NCBI RefSeq assembly: GCF_000143415.4
Contig: NW_003314361.1
Location: 310,001 to 374,000, forward strand
Length of the DNA stretch: 64,000 nucleotides
Direction of reading: 5' to 3'
DNA from: Selaginella moellendorffii
Taxonomy: Eukaryota; Plantae; Lycopodiophyta
Shown piece by piece: positions 23,915 through 33,859 of the stretch. The position numbers were made by a program, and so were the translations under genes. Each line of letters opens with the position of its first letter. Position 1 is the first letter of the stretch. Below the pieces are notes generated by a model. The model was not told the origin of the DNA and searched no databases. It saw only the letters and a program-made list of their open reading frames with translations.

Positions 23915-24133
23915 CAAGGTTTTGGAGTTCTTGGAGATGCTTCGCAAGCTCTTGAAAAGAACAGGCTTGAGTTCTTCGATCAAAGCTCTGAGTTAAAACT
24001 TTGGTAGTAAAACGAGATGATTCCAGCGCTTTAAAGAGTTATTTTTTCTATTTGATGCCCTGTTTTTAGGGTTCTTGAGAAACAGGAGCTAGGGTTCCTG
24101 GGCGCTCTGTTCGATCGACGACCAGGCGCGGGA

Positions 24134-25477
24134 ATGGCGAGAATGCGTTTCCCCAGAGTAGGTCTTAGCATCCCGCTGCTGCTGCTGCTGCTGCTGCTCG
24201 CCGTGGGATGCAGGGCGGAGATCCGCAATGTGGGGATCAAGGCAGACTCGCGGCCACTGATCGTGTTCGAGAGGTTTGGCTTCGGCGGCCGAGGTAGGGT
24301 AGAGATTTCGGCGTCGGATCTGTCGCTGCATTCCACATCCAGCAAGGAGACTTCGCCGCCGGATCTGGCACAGATGGGCTTCTTCCTCACCACGGAAGCG
24401 GATCTCGTCCAGGTGCTCCTCGATGCGGAGCGTCACGCCAGCGATTTCTGCGTCCTCAAGAACAGCCAGAGCCAAGTGAGGGTCTTGTTCTTGCTCAACC
24501 AAGTCAAGAGCAACTACACCAACGTCTTCGACGTGGCCGACACCAACGAGTATGGATTGTTCTTCGCGAATTGCCAGCCCCACATCCGGGTCTCCATGAA
24601 GGTGAGAACTTCCATGTACAACGTCGACGCGAATGGGAGGAAGAACTTCTTGCCGTTTGGACAGACCGAGCTCCCGGCTCTCTACTCGATCTTCGCGCTG
24701 GGATACATGGTGGTACTCGGGCTCTGGGGATATGTCTGCTACAAGCAAAAGCCCAACGTCCACAAGGTTCACGTCCTCATGCTCGTCCTGGTGGTGCTCA
24801 AGGCCGTGAATCTCCTCGCCGAGGCAGTGGATCTAGAGTTTACCAAGAAGACTGGAACCCCGCACGGCTGGGACGTGGTCTTCTACCTCTTTAGCTTCCT
24901 GCGGGGGGTGATGGTGTTCACTGTGATCATCCTCATCGGGACGGGGTGGTCGATCCTCAAGCCTTTCCTCCAGGAGAACGAGAAGAAGGTGCTGATGATC
25001 GTCATACCGCTCCAGGTGCTGGCCAACATCGCCGCCATCGTGATCGACGAGACGGGGCCGTCGACCAGGGACTGGATCACCTGGAAGCAGCTCCTCCTGC
25101 TGGTGGACATCGTGTGCTGCTGCGCCGTGCTCTTCCCGATTGTCTGGTCGATCAAGCACCTCCGGCAGGCGTCGAGGAGCGACGGCAAAGCCGCCAGGAC
25201 GCTCGTCAAGCTCACGCTCTTCAGGCAGTTCTACATCCTCGTCGTGAGCTACATCTACTTCACTCGGATCGTGGTGTTTGCGCTCACGGCTGCGAGTGAT
25301 TTCAAGTACCGATGGATGGCAGCGTGCGCGAGAGAGGCTGCCACGCTCGCCTTCTACATCTTCACGGGGTACAAGTTTAGACCCGCGGAGCGCAATCCTT
25401 ACATCTCTCTCGAGGAGGAGGAAGACGAGGAAGAAGCCCTTCAAGAGGCGCTCAAGGACGACGATTTCGAGCTCTAG
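24134..25477 (+). CDS. GPR107/Lung-7TM (CAND6/7-like) membrane protein, intronless
   Basis: Poly-Leu signal peptide, FERFGF, LFFANC, 7 TM segments, GTGWSILKPFLQENEKKVLMIVIPLQVLANIA, LTLFRQFY, acidic tail ending DDFEL. Confidence 0.93.
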   Translation: MARMRFPRVGLSIPLLLLLLLLAVGCRAEIRNVGIKADSRPLIVFERFGFGGRGRVEISASDLSLHSTSSKETSPPDLAQMGFFLTTEADLVQVLLDAERHASDFCVLKNSQSQVRVLFLLNQVKSNYTNVFDVADTNEYGLFFANCQPHIRVSMKVRTSMYNVDANGRKNFLPFGQTELPALYSIFALGYMVVLGLWGYVCYKQKPNVHKVHVLMLVLVVLKAVNLLAEAVDLEFTKKTGTPHGWDVVFYLFSFLRGVMVFTVIILIGTGWSILKPFLQENEKKVLMIVIPLQVLANIAAIVIDETGPSTRDWITWKQLLLLVDIVCCCAVLFPIVWSIKHLRQASRSDGKAARTLVKLTLFRQFYILVVSYIYFTRIVVFALTAASDFKYRWMAACAREAATLAFYIFTGYKFRPAERNPYISLEEEEDEEEALQEALKDDDFEL

Positions 25478-25564
25478 AAAAGCTTTTGAGCAGTGAGCCA
25501 GTGCCGGGATGTATAGATGTTTCTTTTTTTCCAGGATTTTCAAAGAAACTCTTTTTTAATACTT

Positions 25565-26774
25565 TCATTTCAAGTAGTGCGATAGAGTTGCCGGGTGATC
25601 AGCGAGTATGATATCAGCATGGACTTTTCTTATGAAGTAATCGAATTCTTGCTCGGGGTCCGCCGCGAAATCCCTGGCCATGAACTGTGCCTCGTTGCTG
25701 AAAGTGGCTGTCTGGACGAGCAAATCTCTTACGTGAGCTCTCTCCACAAAATCGGTCGCGGGTAAGTTCTTGTGGCTCGAATCCATCGGCACGATCAAAA
25801 ACTTCTTGGTGGAGAGAGCGGTCACGTAGTTGGCGATGAAATCCAGAAACTCGTCGGTGTAGTAGTGGGAGTATGGCAGCTTTGTGTCTTGGGCGAGAGC
25901 GTCCGCGGGTCCAAGAGCGAAAATCTTTGGCGATTTGGTTTTGTTGGCAATGTGGAGAATCGAGGTTGGCGCAAAGGTTTGGATGAACACTGGCTGCTTC
26001 AACCATTTCTGCGAGTTGTATGGATCGTTGTAGCCATACTTGAGTAGAGTTTTCACAAACCTGTCCTCGAATAGTTCTCCACCCGGCCATTTCACCTTAT
26101 TGTTTGATCGATCAGTCAGTGATTTCTAATTCTATAGTTTAAACAATCTAGGAAGGAAAACTTACGTGCTTGTTGATGAAAAACGGGCTCTTAATCTCGG
26201 GATCTATTCCAACGACACGATCAGCTTCCAGAGCTACAGCGATATACTCCTCGAAAGTTGGAATTTCAAACAGACCTTTAACGAAAGATTGGTCATGAAA
26301 TTTGGATCATAGGAACATTGCAAAGTTACCATTGTACGATTGATCTCTGAAATCATACCGCTGACGAAGCCGCAACGTCTTGATCTCCTGAAGAGTAAAA
26401 TCCACCGCGAAGAACCCAGTAACGTTAACACCCTCGTCCACGTACATAGCTTTCTTGTGTGCAAACTCCGGATGCTGGGCGACATCCGTGACAGCGTCCA
26501 AGGTGGTGTCGTGCATGCAGATCAGCACTCCATCCCTGGTCGATCCAATGTCGGTCTCGATGAAATCGGCCCCATTTTCGATGGCCCGCTTGAAAGCGGC
26601 GATCGAGGACTCGGGGAACTCACCATTGGCTCCGCGGTGAGCGACGTTATAGGGGCCGTGGGACTTGAATCGCGGCTTCGCTGGTGGCTTGATCAGTCGG
26701 CCCTCAAGGATGTGGAAGGAGTTTGCTAGCAGCAGAAGCAGCGTCGTGGAGAGGAACAAGACCGAAGCAGCCAT
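25565..26774 (-). CDS. GDPD: Glycerophosphodiester phosphodiesterase (GDPD5/6-type, secreted), 3 exons
   Basis: Signal peptide, VAHRGANGEFPE, GADFIETDI..TRDGVLICMHDTTLD, FEIPTFEEYI..VGIDPEIKSP, VFIQTFAPTS. Confidence 0.9.
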
Positions 26775-27183
26775 TAGAAGAATTATGGATCTAGAATTGG
26801 AAGAATTATATCCATGATATTGGCCATATTTGGCCCAGCTCCAATTCTAGATTATCTGAATTGCTAGAAAGCCTTGGACAAGATTGAAACATTTTTTCTG
26901 ATTGCAGCTCCTAACCCTTGAACCATGGGAAGAAAGGTTGTAAGAATTAAAACTATAAATTTCTCAAGAATGTATTTTAAAACAGAATGAAGTCTTTTTT
27001 TATACATTAACGGTTATTTTTTTCCTCCTTTTAAACGGTTATATAACTTTACATAGAATCTTATTTCAAATTTAATAATTTTAAAATTCTGACAAACCTT
27101 GTCATGTCACCATCTTTCCGTTGAAAAAGAAGAACGTTGCATATTGAAATATAGGTCCAATTTACGAGTGGAAAAATTAATGT

Positions 27184-27255
27184 GGAGGTATAGCTCAGTG
27201 GTAGAGCAATCGGCTGCAGTCCGATAGGTCACCGGTTCGATCCCGGTTGCCTCCT
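27184..27255 (+). tRNA. trnC-GCA: tRNA-Cys(GCA)
   Basis: GGAGGTA/TGCCTCC acceptor stem, GCTCAGTGGTAGAGC D-arm, ATCGG-CTGCAGT-CCGAT anticodon arm, GGTTCGATCCC T-arm, followed by TTTT. Confidence 0.93.
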
Positions 27256-27293
27256 TTTAACTTTCCCGGTTTCCATTTTGGTTTGTATTTTTC

Positions 27294-29075
27294 CTACTCT
27301 TTGCTTCTGAAGATGTCCGCTAGCAAAACGTACGGCCCCGATGAGGAACAAGCTTCCAAGCTCGCCAACTTTTCCATGGCGCGGGCTCCTCTCTCGTGCT
27401 CCCCATGCATCTTGCACGAGCTAATCAAGCTCGTGTACGCACCAGGGAATGGCTCAAACGGCATCGCGTCGATGAGATCCTCGGCCTTGTCCAGCAATCC
27501 CATCTTCGCGAAACCGTCCGCAATGCAGCAGAATTGCTCCACTCCGGGATAAATCCCGCGCTCGCCAAAGCTTATCACGTAATCCCCGACTCGTTTCATC
27601 GTGCCCGAGTTGCTACAAGCGACGAGCACGGCCATCAGAGTTACCTCGTCGGGAACCAGCCCCTGGAGCTCCATTCTGTGGTAAAGCTCCAATCCTCTCT
27701 TTGCTTGGGAGCCACTGTAGGAAAAGGCCGCCACCATGGTCGACCAAGTTACCGTGTTGGTCTCGGGGGCTACCTCGAAGAGATTGGCTGCCTCGTCTAG
27801 CCTACCGTGGTAAGCGTAAGTTTGCACCATGGACGACCAGGTAACCACGTCGTGCTGGGCTGCCTTGTCGAAGGTTTGCTTGGCCCTGTCCAGGCATTCA
27901 TTCTGAGCGTAAGCCATGAGCATGCAATTCCACGAGACTGGAGTTCGATGAGGCATCTCATCAAACAACCGCTTCGATTCGACGAGCTTTCCATTGGTGC
28001 CAAAACGTAGTAACAGGTCGGTGTAAGTCACGGCGCTTCTTCCAGGCATTCTTTCAAAGAGATGGTTCGCGGTGTCAAAATGCCCATTTGAGGCATAAGC
28101 TTGTACAATAGCATTCCACGAGCACAGATTTCTGTGGGGAGTATTCTTAAAGACAAATGATGCCGAGACTAAGTCTTCCTTTTGTGAGTACGCGCCTATA
28201 AGTGTGTTCCAAGCACTGGGATCTTCGGTGTAAAATCTCTCTAGCATGTTTATCGCATCATCTAGATACCCATTCCGGGCATATGCTGATATTAAAGAAC
28301 CCCAAGAATAAGAATCTATAGAAGGCATTCCAGAAAAGAGATCTAGAGCTTGTGCTAACAAACCATTACTACCAAAACCAACAAGCATTATATTGCAAGA
28401 GATTAGATTTATCAAAGGCATCAAAGCAAACATCACTACTGCCTGCTCCATATGCCCATTCTGGGCATATCCGGCTATCAAAAAAGTCCACGTCAGATCG
28501 TTTCTAGCCGGGGATTGATCGAACAAAGCTCGGGCAGTGTGTTGCTGGCCGACCTGTGAGTAGCCATTTATCACAGCGTTCCACGACACGGCGCTCTTCT
28601 CGGGGATGGAATGGAACGCTCGCATCGCGTGGTCGAGGGATCCCACCTGGGCGAATCCCGAGACGATAGTAGTGAAGGAGAAGATGCTCCAGTACGGCAT
28701 TCTCTCGAAAATCTTCCGCGAATCGTCCATGAGCTCCTGCTGGGCGAAGGCCTGGAGGATCGAATTCCACGAGACAATGTCCCTGTGTGGCATCCCGCGG
28801 AAGAAGAAGGCCGCGCAGGCCTCGAATTGCGCTGCCTCGGAGAATGCCTGCAAGAGGATGTTGGAGGAGAAGACATTGGGGTCTGGATTCGCGGCGTAGA
28901 CGGCCTCGGCATCGCCCAAGCTCCCACATTTGCCATACATGTAAACGATCATGTTGGAGAGGTATCGATTCGGCCAGTAGCTGGTCTCCAGGATCCGCTC
29001 GTGGATCCTCCTGGCGTGAGCCAAATCCCTGGCCTCGCGGCAGAGACGAGAAAGCGTCTCGATCGCCCTGTTCAT
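27294..29075 (-). CDS. PLS/SS-type PPR protein with E-like tail
   Basis: 593-aa ORF with a run of 31-aa repeats, FCCIADGFAKMG..MPFEP..YVLLADI, no DYW. Confidence 0.9.
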   Translation of the reverse strand: MNRAIETLSRLCREARDLAHARRIHERILETSYWPNRYLSNMIVYMYGKCGSLGDAEAVYAANPDPNVFSSNILLQAFSEAAQFEACAAFFFRGMPHRDIVSWNSILQAFAQQELMDDSRKIFERMPYWSIFSFTTIVSGFAQVGSLDHAMRAFHSIPEKSAVSWNAVINGYSQVGQQHTARALFDQSPARNDLTWTFLIAGYAQNGHMEQAVVMFALMPLINLISCNIMLVGFGSNGLLAQALDLFSGMPSIDSYSWGSLISAYARNGYLDDAINMLERFYTEDPSAWNTLIGAYSQKEDLVSASFVFKNTPHRNLCSWNAIVQAYASNGHFDTANHLFERMPGRSAVTYTDLLLRFGTNGKLVESKRLFDEMPHRTPVSWNCMLMAYAQNECLDRAKQTFDKAAQHDVVTWSSMVQTYAYHGRLDEAANLFEVAPETNTVTWSTMVAAFSYSGSQAKRGLELYHRMELQGLVPDEVTLMAVLVACSNSGTMKRVGDYVISFGERGIYPGVEQFCCIADGFAKMGLLDKAEDLIDAMPFEPFPGAYTSLISSCKMHGEHERGARAMEKLASLEACSSSGPYVLLADIFRSKE

Positions 29076-29511
29076 GGATGTCGTCCACGTGGACAGTCAG
29101 ATGGATTCTAAATCTTCCTTTGCATTCCAAATCAAATCAGAGGTGCTGAAATTATATTTTATAATCTCCCAGTGTTCATGGCTTTGTGATTATAGCATGC
29201 ATGCTGCATTGTTCTATTGAACTTTTGTGGACATGAAAAAATGAATAGAAATCAAAATTGAAAGAGATATTGATATATGCTAACAATTATAGTCATTGTG
29301 AACATTGTTCCTCTTATGAAAATTATAATGAAAATCTACATACCTCAATTATACAAGCACTTATCTCCTTAGTGTCAAAGTGTTATAATTTTGAACAATA
29401 TTATAGATAATTTTGTCAATTATGTTTATTAGTATACTGTGATAAATTTTGTTTCATTCCTCAGGTAAGCAACAATAACATGTGTCTGTGTAATGTTTTT
29501 AAGTCGTGCAG

Positions 29512-29615
29512 GGTATTCTGATACATGGGCTTTCAGGTATTGGCAAGACTCATATTGCAAGGGCAATGGCAAGGGAACTTCAGCTCCCATTCATATTTGC
29601 CTCATACTCAAGTTT
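29512..29615 (+). pseudogene. AAA+ (FtsH12-like) Walker A exon relic
   Basis: After a GT-AG intron (29465-29511): GILIHGLSGIGKTHIARAMARELQLPFIFAS. Confidence 0.6.
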
Positions 29616-29989
29616 AACAACAAACTTCTAGAAATTTTGGAGTTGTGATATCTAAGTGTATGATTATGACTTTAATCTCAAATCCTAGCACTTTTTAGGG
29701 ACAATCAAAGTTGCCTCTCACCTTAACCAATGTAAGTGTATTGAATATGGAAAAAGAATGTAAAAACATGAGTATCAAGTATCCCCAAAATAATAGTTTA
29801 TATACAAGAGTGAGTGGTCCAGATTGAAACCAATTGAATGGGTACCAAAATCCCATTATGCTAATATTAGCATACAACATCGTAACTATACACTTGGATT
29901 TATATATATAAAATATCATTTCCAAGTTTCAAAAAAGAAGATAAATAGGTAAAAAGACCAAACAATAAATGGTAGAAGGGTGTTTAAGT

Positions 29990-31000
29990 GTTGCAAATAT
30001 GACTTCAGGTATTGAAAGTTATCTGTCGGCTAGTCCTTTCAAATATTCTTTTTTTACTGCCACGACAGTAGAAGGTCAGTATTGCTGGATCTTTTATTAG
30101 TCTCCACCTAAGCTAGTTGAGAAACTAATCTTCACGTGTGCACTTGACTAAATAAGCATAAGGACGGAATTCTTAAGTGGTATTAGTCAAGCATACTTGA
30201 CTTAGTTATAGAAACTCATTTGTTGGTTTGCACTTGCTAGTGTTGGGAACCCTTGCAATATTGAGTTTGGTCCCTCAATATTCACAAAATAATAATTTAC
30301 TATGTTTGCTAAACACCTTCGCTATCATGCACTTTGTGTTAGTCCCATTTGGTCTCAATTGCTATTTATGGAAAGTGTCTAAATTTGCTAATTTGGCATA
30401 TCTATGAAATGTAGAGATTGTCCTGAACACAATGGTGTTCGTCCTGTGTTTAAATTCGCAATCTAGCACCATTCCGTGTTTAGTAAGTTTTAAGTTTGTC
30501 CCATAGACTAATTCTTAGTACTAAGGAAGGTTAAAGGTGAAAGCCCAAAACGTGTGTTCCTCGAGAGGGGGGGGGGGGGGGGGGGGGACAAATGTATAGT
30601 TGGGGTAATGGGTTGGGCATGATCAACTAACATGAGGTATAGTTTAGTTTTTGCTTGCATATTTGTTTTTGTTCTGGCTTGGGTCTAAACTTAAGTTCCA
30701 TATCATGTTAATTAAAGTACCCATATCCTCACATTAAACCACCGGTATGTTGAAATAATGCTAGACTCTATTTAACTCCGTTTTGCATGCTGGATGCTTT
30801 AAGACTATTTCAAGGCACTCCGTGTTCTTGTCCCTTCACTCCTTGGGCTGTACACTCGGGAGTCATTCTATGCTCCAATGCCATCGCTCCTTGGCTCCAT
30901 GCTTAAGAGTTTAGCTCTGTTCTTTCGTTCAATGGCCTTGAAACTTGAGTTCTGCAATACTATCCTTGGACATGTGGCAAATAACATGTGGCATGTGACA
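29990..31000 (+). mobile_element. Degenerate gypsy 3' end: integrase tail, G-run PPT (30563-30587), probable LTR from 30593
   Basis: Relics SASPFKY and PEHNGVRPVF..IRNLAPF, then gaga+G21, then TGTA. The LTR end (..GACA at about 31000) is tentative. Confidence 0.55.
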
Positions 31001-33239
31001 TGTGGTACATAGAGGGTTTAGGTTCCACTTTGTGGTTATCCTATGGTAAATCATTATAGGATAAAGGGTAAAAACAGATGCGATATATTTAGTATTAGAG
31101 AATGAGTCTCAGTGAGTACTGTCTAATGAGATTGGGCAACTAGTTTTGTTGCATATGCAGAGATGAAAATGATAATCTAAATAAGTATACATTTGGGTGC
31201 AAAGGCTTCGCATTCATTTTTTTGGGTATGGACTTTCATTACCTTTTTATACCAAGTTGTATGAGCTTGCACTTGGGCTTATAGAATGGATTGAGAGGCA
31301 AAATGTATTTAAAGTGTACCATTTTACACAAGTTTGTGCTTAGGCTCATGAGTGAGGCACATTGCAACTCAAGGTTACACTTTGAGTTGGCAAGATTAAT
31401 GTTAGCATATCAATGGTTATCATTAGTGGTCATATGAGTTATTCCGTATACTATGGGAAAAAGTAAACTTTCCTTGGGTTTGCTATCAGCGGCAAATATG
31501 CTAGTCCATAGCTATTTAGCACCGCACTAGTAGATCCTTTTTAGGCATGATTATAAATGGATTAATCAAGATTGTAGGTATTAGTCTATTGTTTCAAGTA
31601 ATCATTGTTGTGCTCTATCATAAACTTTTTTTGGATTGGACTAAAAGTAGTGCAAAAGCAAGCTTGAGGTTTGGTAAAAAATGAGATTGAAAAGAGAGTC
31701 TTTAGGGACAAAGGATTAAACATGTAAATCATTTTCTCTTCTTGAAGGAGATGATTTGCAATAAAATATGATTTATTGTTTATGTTCACATCATGCAATC
31801 AAGAGTCCCTACCTTAATGCATGTTGGAAATAATAATTTTATAAGTGGTGAGTTATGGGATGGATAGCGGTGAAACACTAAATCATTTTATCTACACTTG
31901 CCATTGAAAAGCTTGGGTTACAATACTTAATTTTTTTCTAAAGAACCTTGCTATTGCTCCTTAAATAGCTTGGTGTTGGATTAATTTTCAGTTTTGTCAA
32001 AAAAAGAGTGGCATGAGCTTATTTATACTATGAACAAAAGGTGGTGGTGTTTAGTATTATAAATCTCTATTGGTGGGATATAACATTTATATTGCATTTT
32101 GTCAAATAGAGTTGGCATTTGATACTCACATAAACTTTTAAAATAATAATGTGAGTTTGCTTGTGATATTGCTCAATTGATACTTATTGTGATTTTTATA
32201 TCATATCCATGTGATATTGAGCAATGTGTTTACAAAGTTATTTGGTCAAATAATGATCAACCTCAAAGTGGTTGATAGTGAAGTTAGTCTGCTTGCACAT
32301 AGTAGCATTGTAATAACTTTGACTGAATTCTTAATAATGATGTATAATATACTAAGTTTAAGTTGGTACCTTATTTCCTTGAGGGTTTGCCCATTAAGAT
32401 GTTGAAAGGGTTATAACATTCATTTGCTATGGCTTATTAGTTTATCTGTTAACACTTAGAGTAGATTGTTGAATGGAGAAGGTGTGAAGTTGAGGCATTA
32501 ACATCATTAACATTTGTGTTAGTGGAAGTAGCATTGTTATTTCAAGTGATGAGGAATTTTCCTTAAAACTTGATTTTCCATATCATTTTTCTTGTTAGTG
32601 TTTTGGCTTAACATTGGGTCTTGAAGGTGATTGAAGAAAAGTGTTAATTGCAATGTGAATATCCAAATATGTGGTCTTCGTGATTAAGCTTTGGATGTTC
32701 ATTTTGTATTTTATGGATGTCAATGTTGGATATCGGAAATATGGGCATGATGTTCAAAGCTTAAGCATACTATAAGTCTTGAAAATTTGTGTTGAGGTGA
32801 ACTTATGTGAAGTTGTTAATAGGAAGAAATTGGTTGAGTTTTGAAAGTTTATATTCCTAAACTGAGAGTCATTCTTTCTTTATGATGAAAATTTTTTCAC
32901 AAATTTTCTTAGGCTTTTTTAATAGTTGATTTGTTGATCACTTTGCCCAAAAACCATTTCATTTCATATTCAATTAGTGAAGGGGTTGAAGTTAACTATG
33001 GTTAACTTAGACTTTAGTAGGTAGTTTATATGATATAGCTTGAAAGGGATATTAGAAAAGTGACTTTTGTGCCTTTCTTTTGTAGTATTGTGCTTGGTGG
33101 CAAACTGCACCTTGCATTTTGTTAGACTCTATGAGAGTAATGGGCTCTCACTAATCTTGATATAGTCTTAGTGGCCCTATGCCTTGGTTAAAGATAGTGA
33201 TGTCCAACTTAGTTATTTGAAATTAAACTATATCATTCT

Positions 33240-33460
33240 TACAAGTCATTGATGTTTCATATTCATAAAGGTTCAATTGGAAGCTCAGAAAAACATTCCC
33301 ACTTTTAGCAACCCAAATCTACTGAATAAAAGTTGAGTGAGAAATTAATAAATAAAAATAAAATATATAACCAAATAACTCTGCTAAAGAAATTCCATCC
33401 TCTTCCAACTTTAGTAATGATATAATATCCATAGCCATTTCCATGTATGGCAAGATGGGT
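33240..33460 (-). pseudogene. Eroded fragment (exons 6-7) of the Yrb30-like gene
   Basis: Matches 41580-41810: gtttcatattcataaag, ctcagaa.a.cattccca, gaaattccatcctcttc, catagccat..ccatgta.ggcaagatgg. Confidence 0.8.
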
Positions 33461-33859
33461 ATTTTCTCAAGATTTATATCAGGCAAGATAGGTGAATTAG
33501 TCTATGGTTTGAATGTATTTTTGCTAGCTATCCCAAAATTAACCTTTGATCTGATCTCCTTTTTCCATATTCTTAAGAATGTCTTGACACTCAGTTGAGC
33601 AATAGAATCTATAATAGTGCACCAATCTTCTTTCATTTATTTCCTATAGATTTATTATACATTTGGTAGGATATCCATAGGTTTTAAAATTATCACTTTG
33701 AGAGTTTTGAGGCTTTTGTAATACTGAGAGATGAGAAACAATCAAAGTTATAATTTCCAAGCTTTAAGTTTATTGAAAGAGATAGCAACAAAAGTGTCCT
33801 TTCATCACTTTAGTAGTAATGAGTTTGCCATTGAGTATTAGGTTTAGTGCAAAAGTTCT

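Noticed and set aside
32300-33100. Possible Harbinger/PIF transposase relic (FMDVNVGY..GHDVQSL)
   Set aside because: Only one weak motif in heavily decayed sequence.
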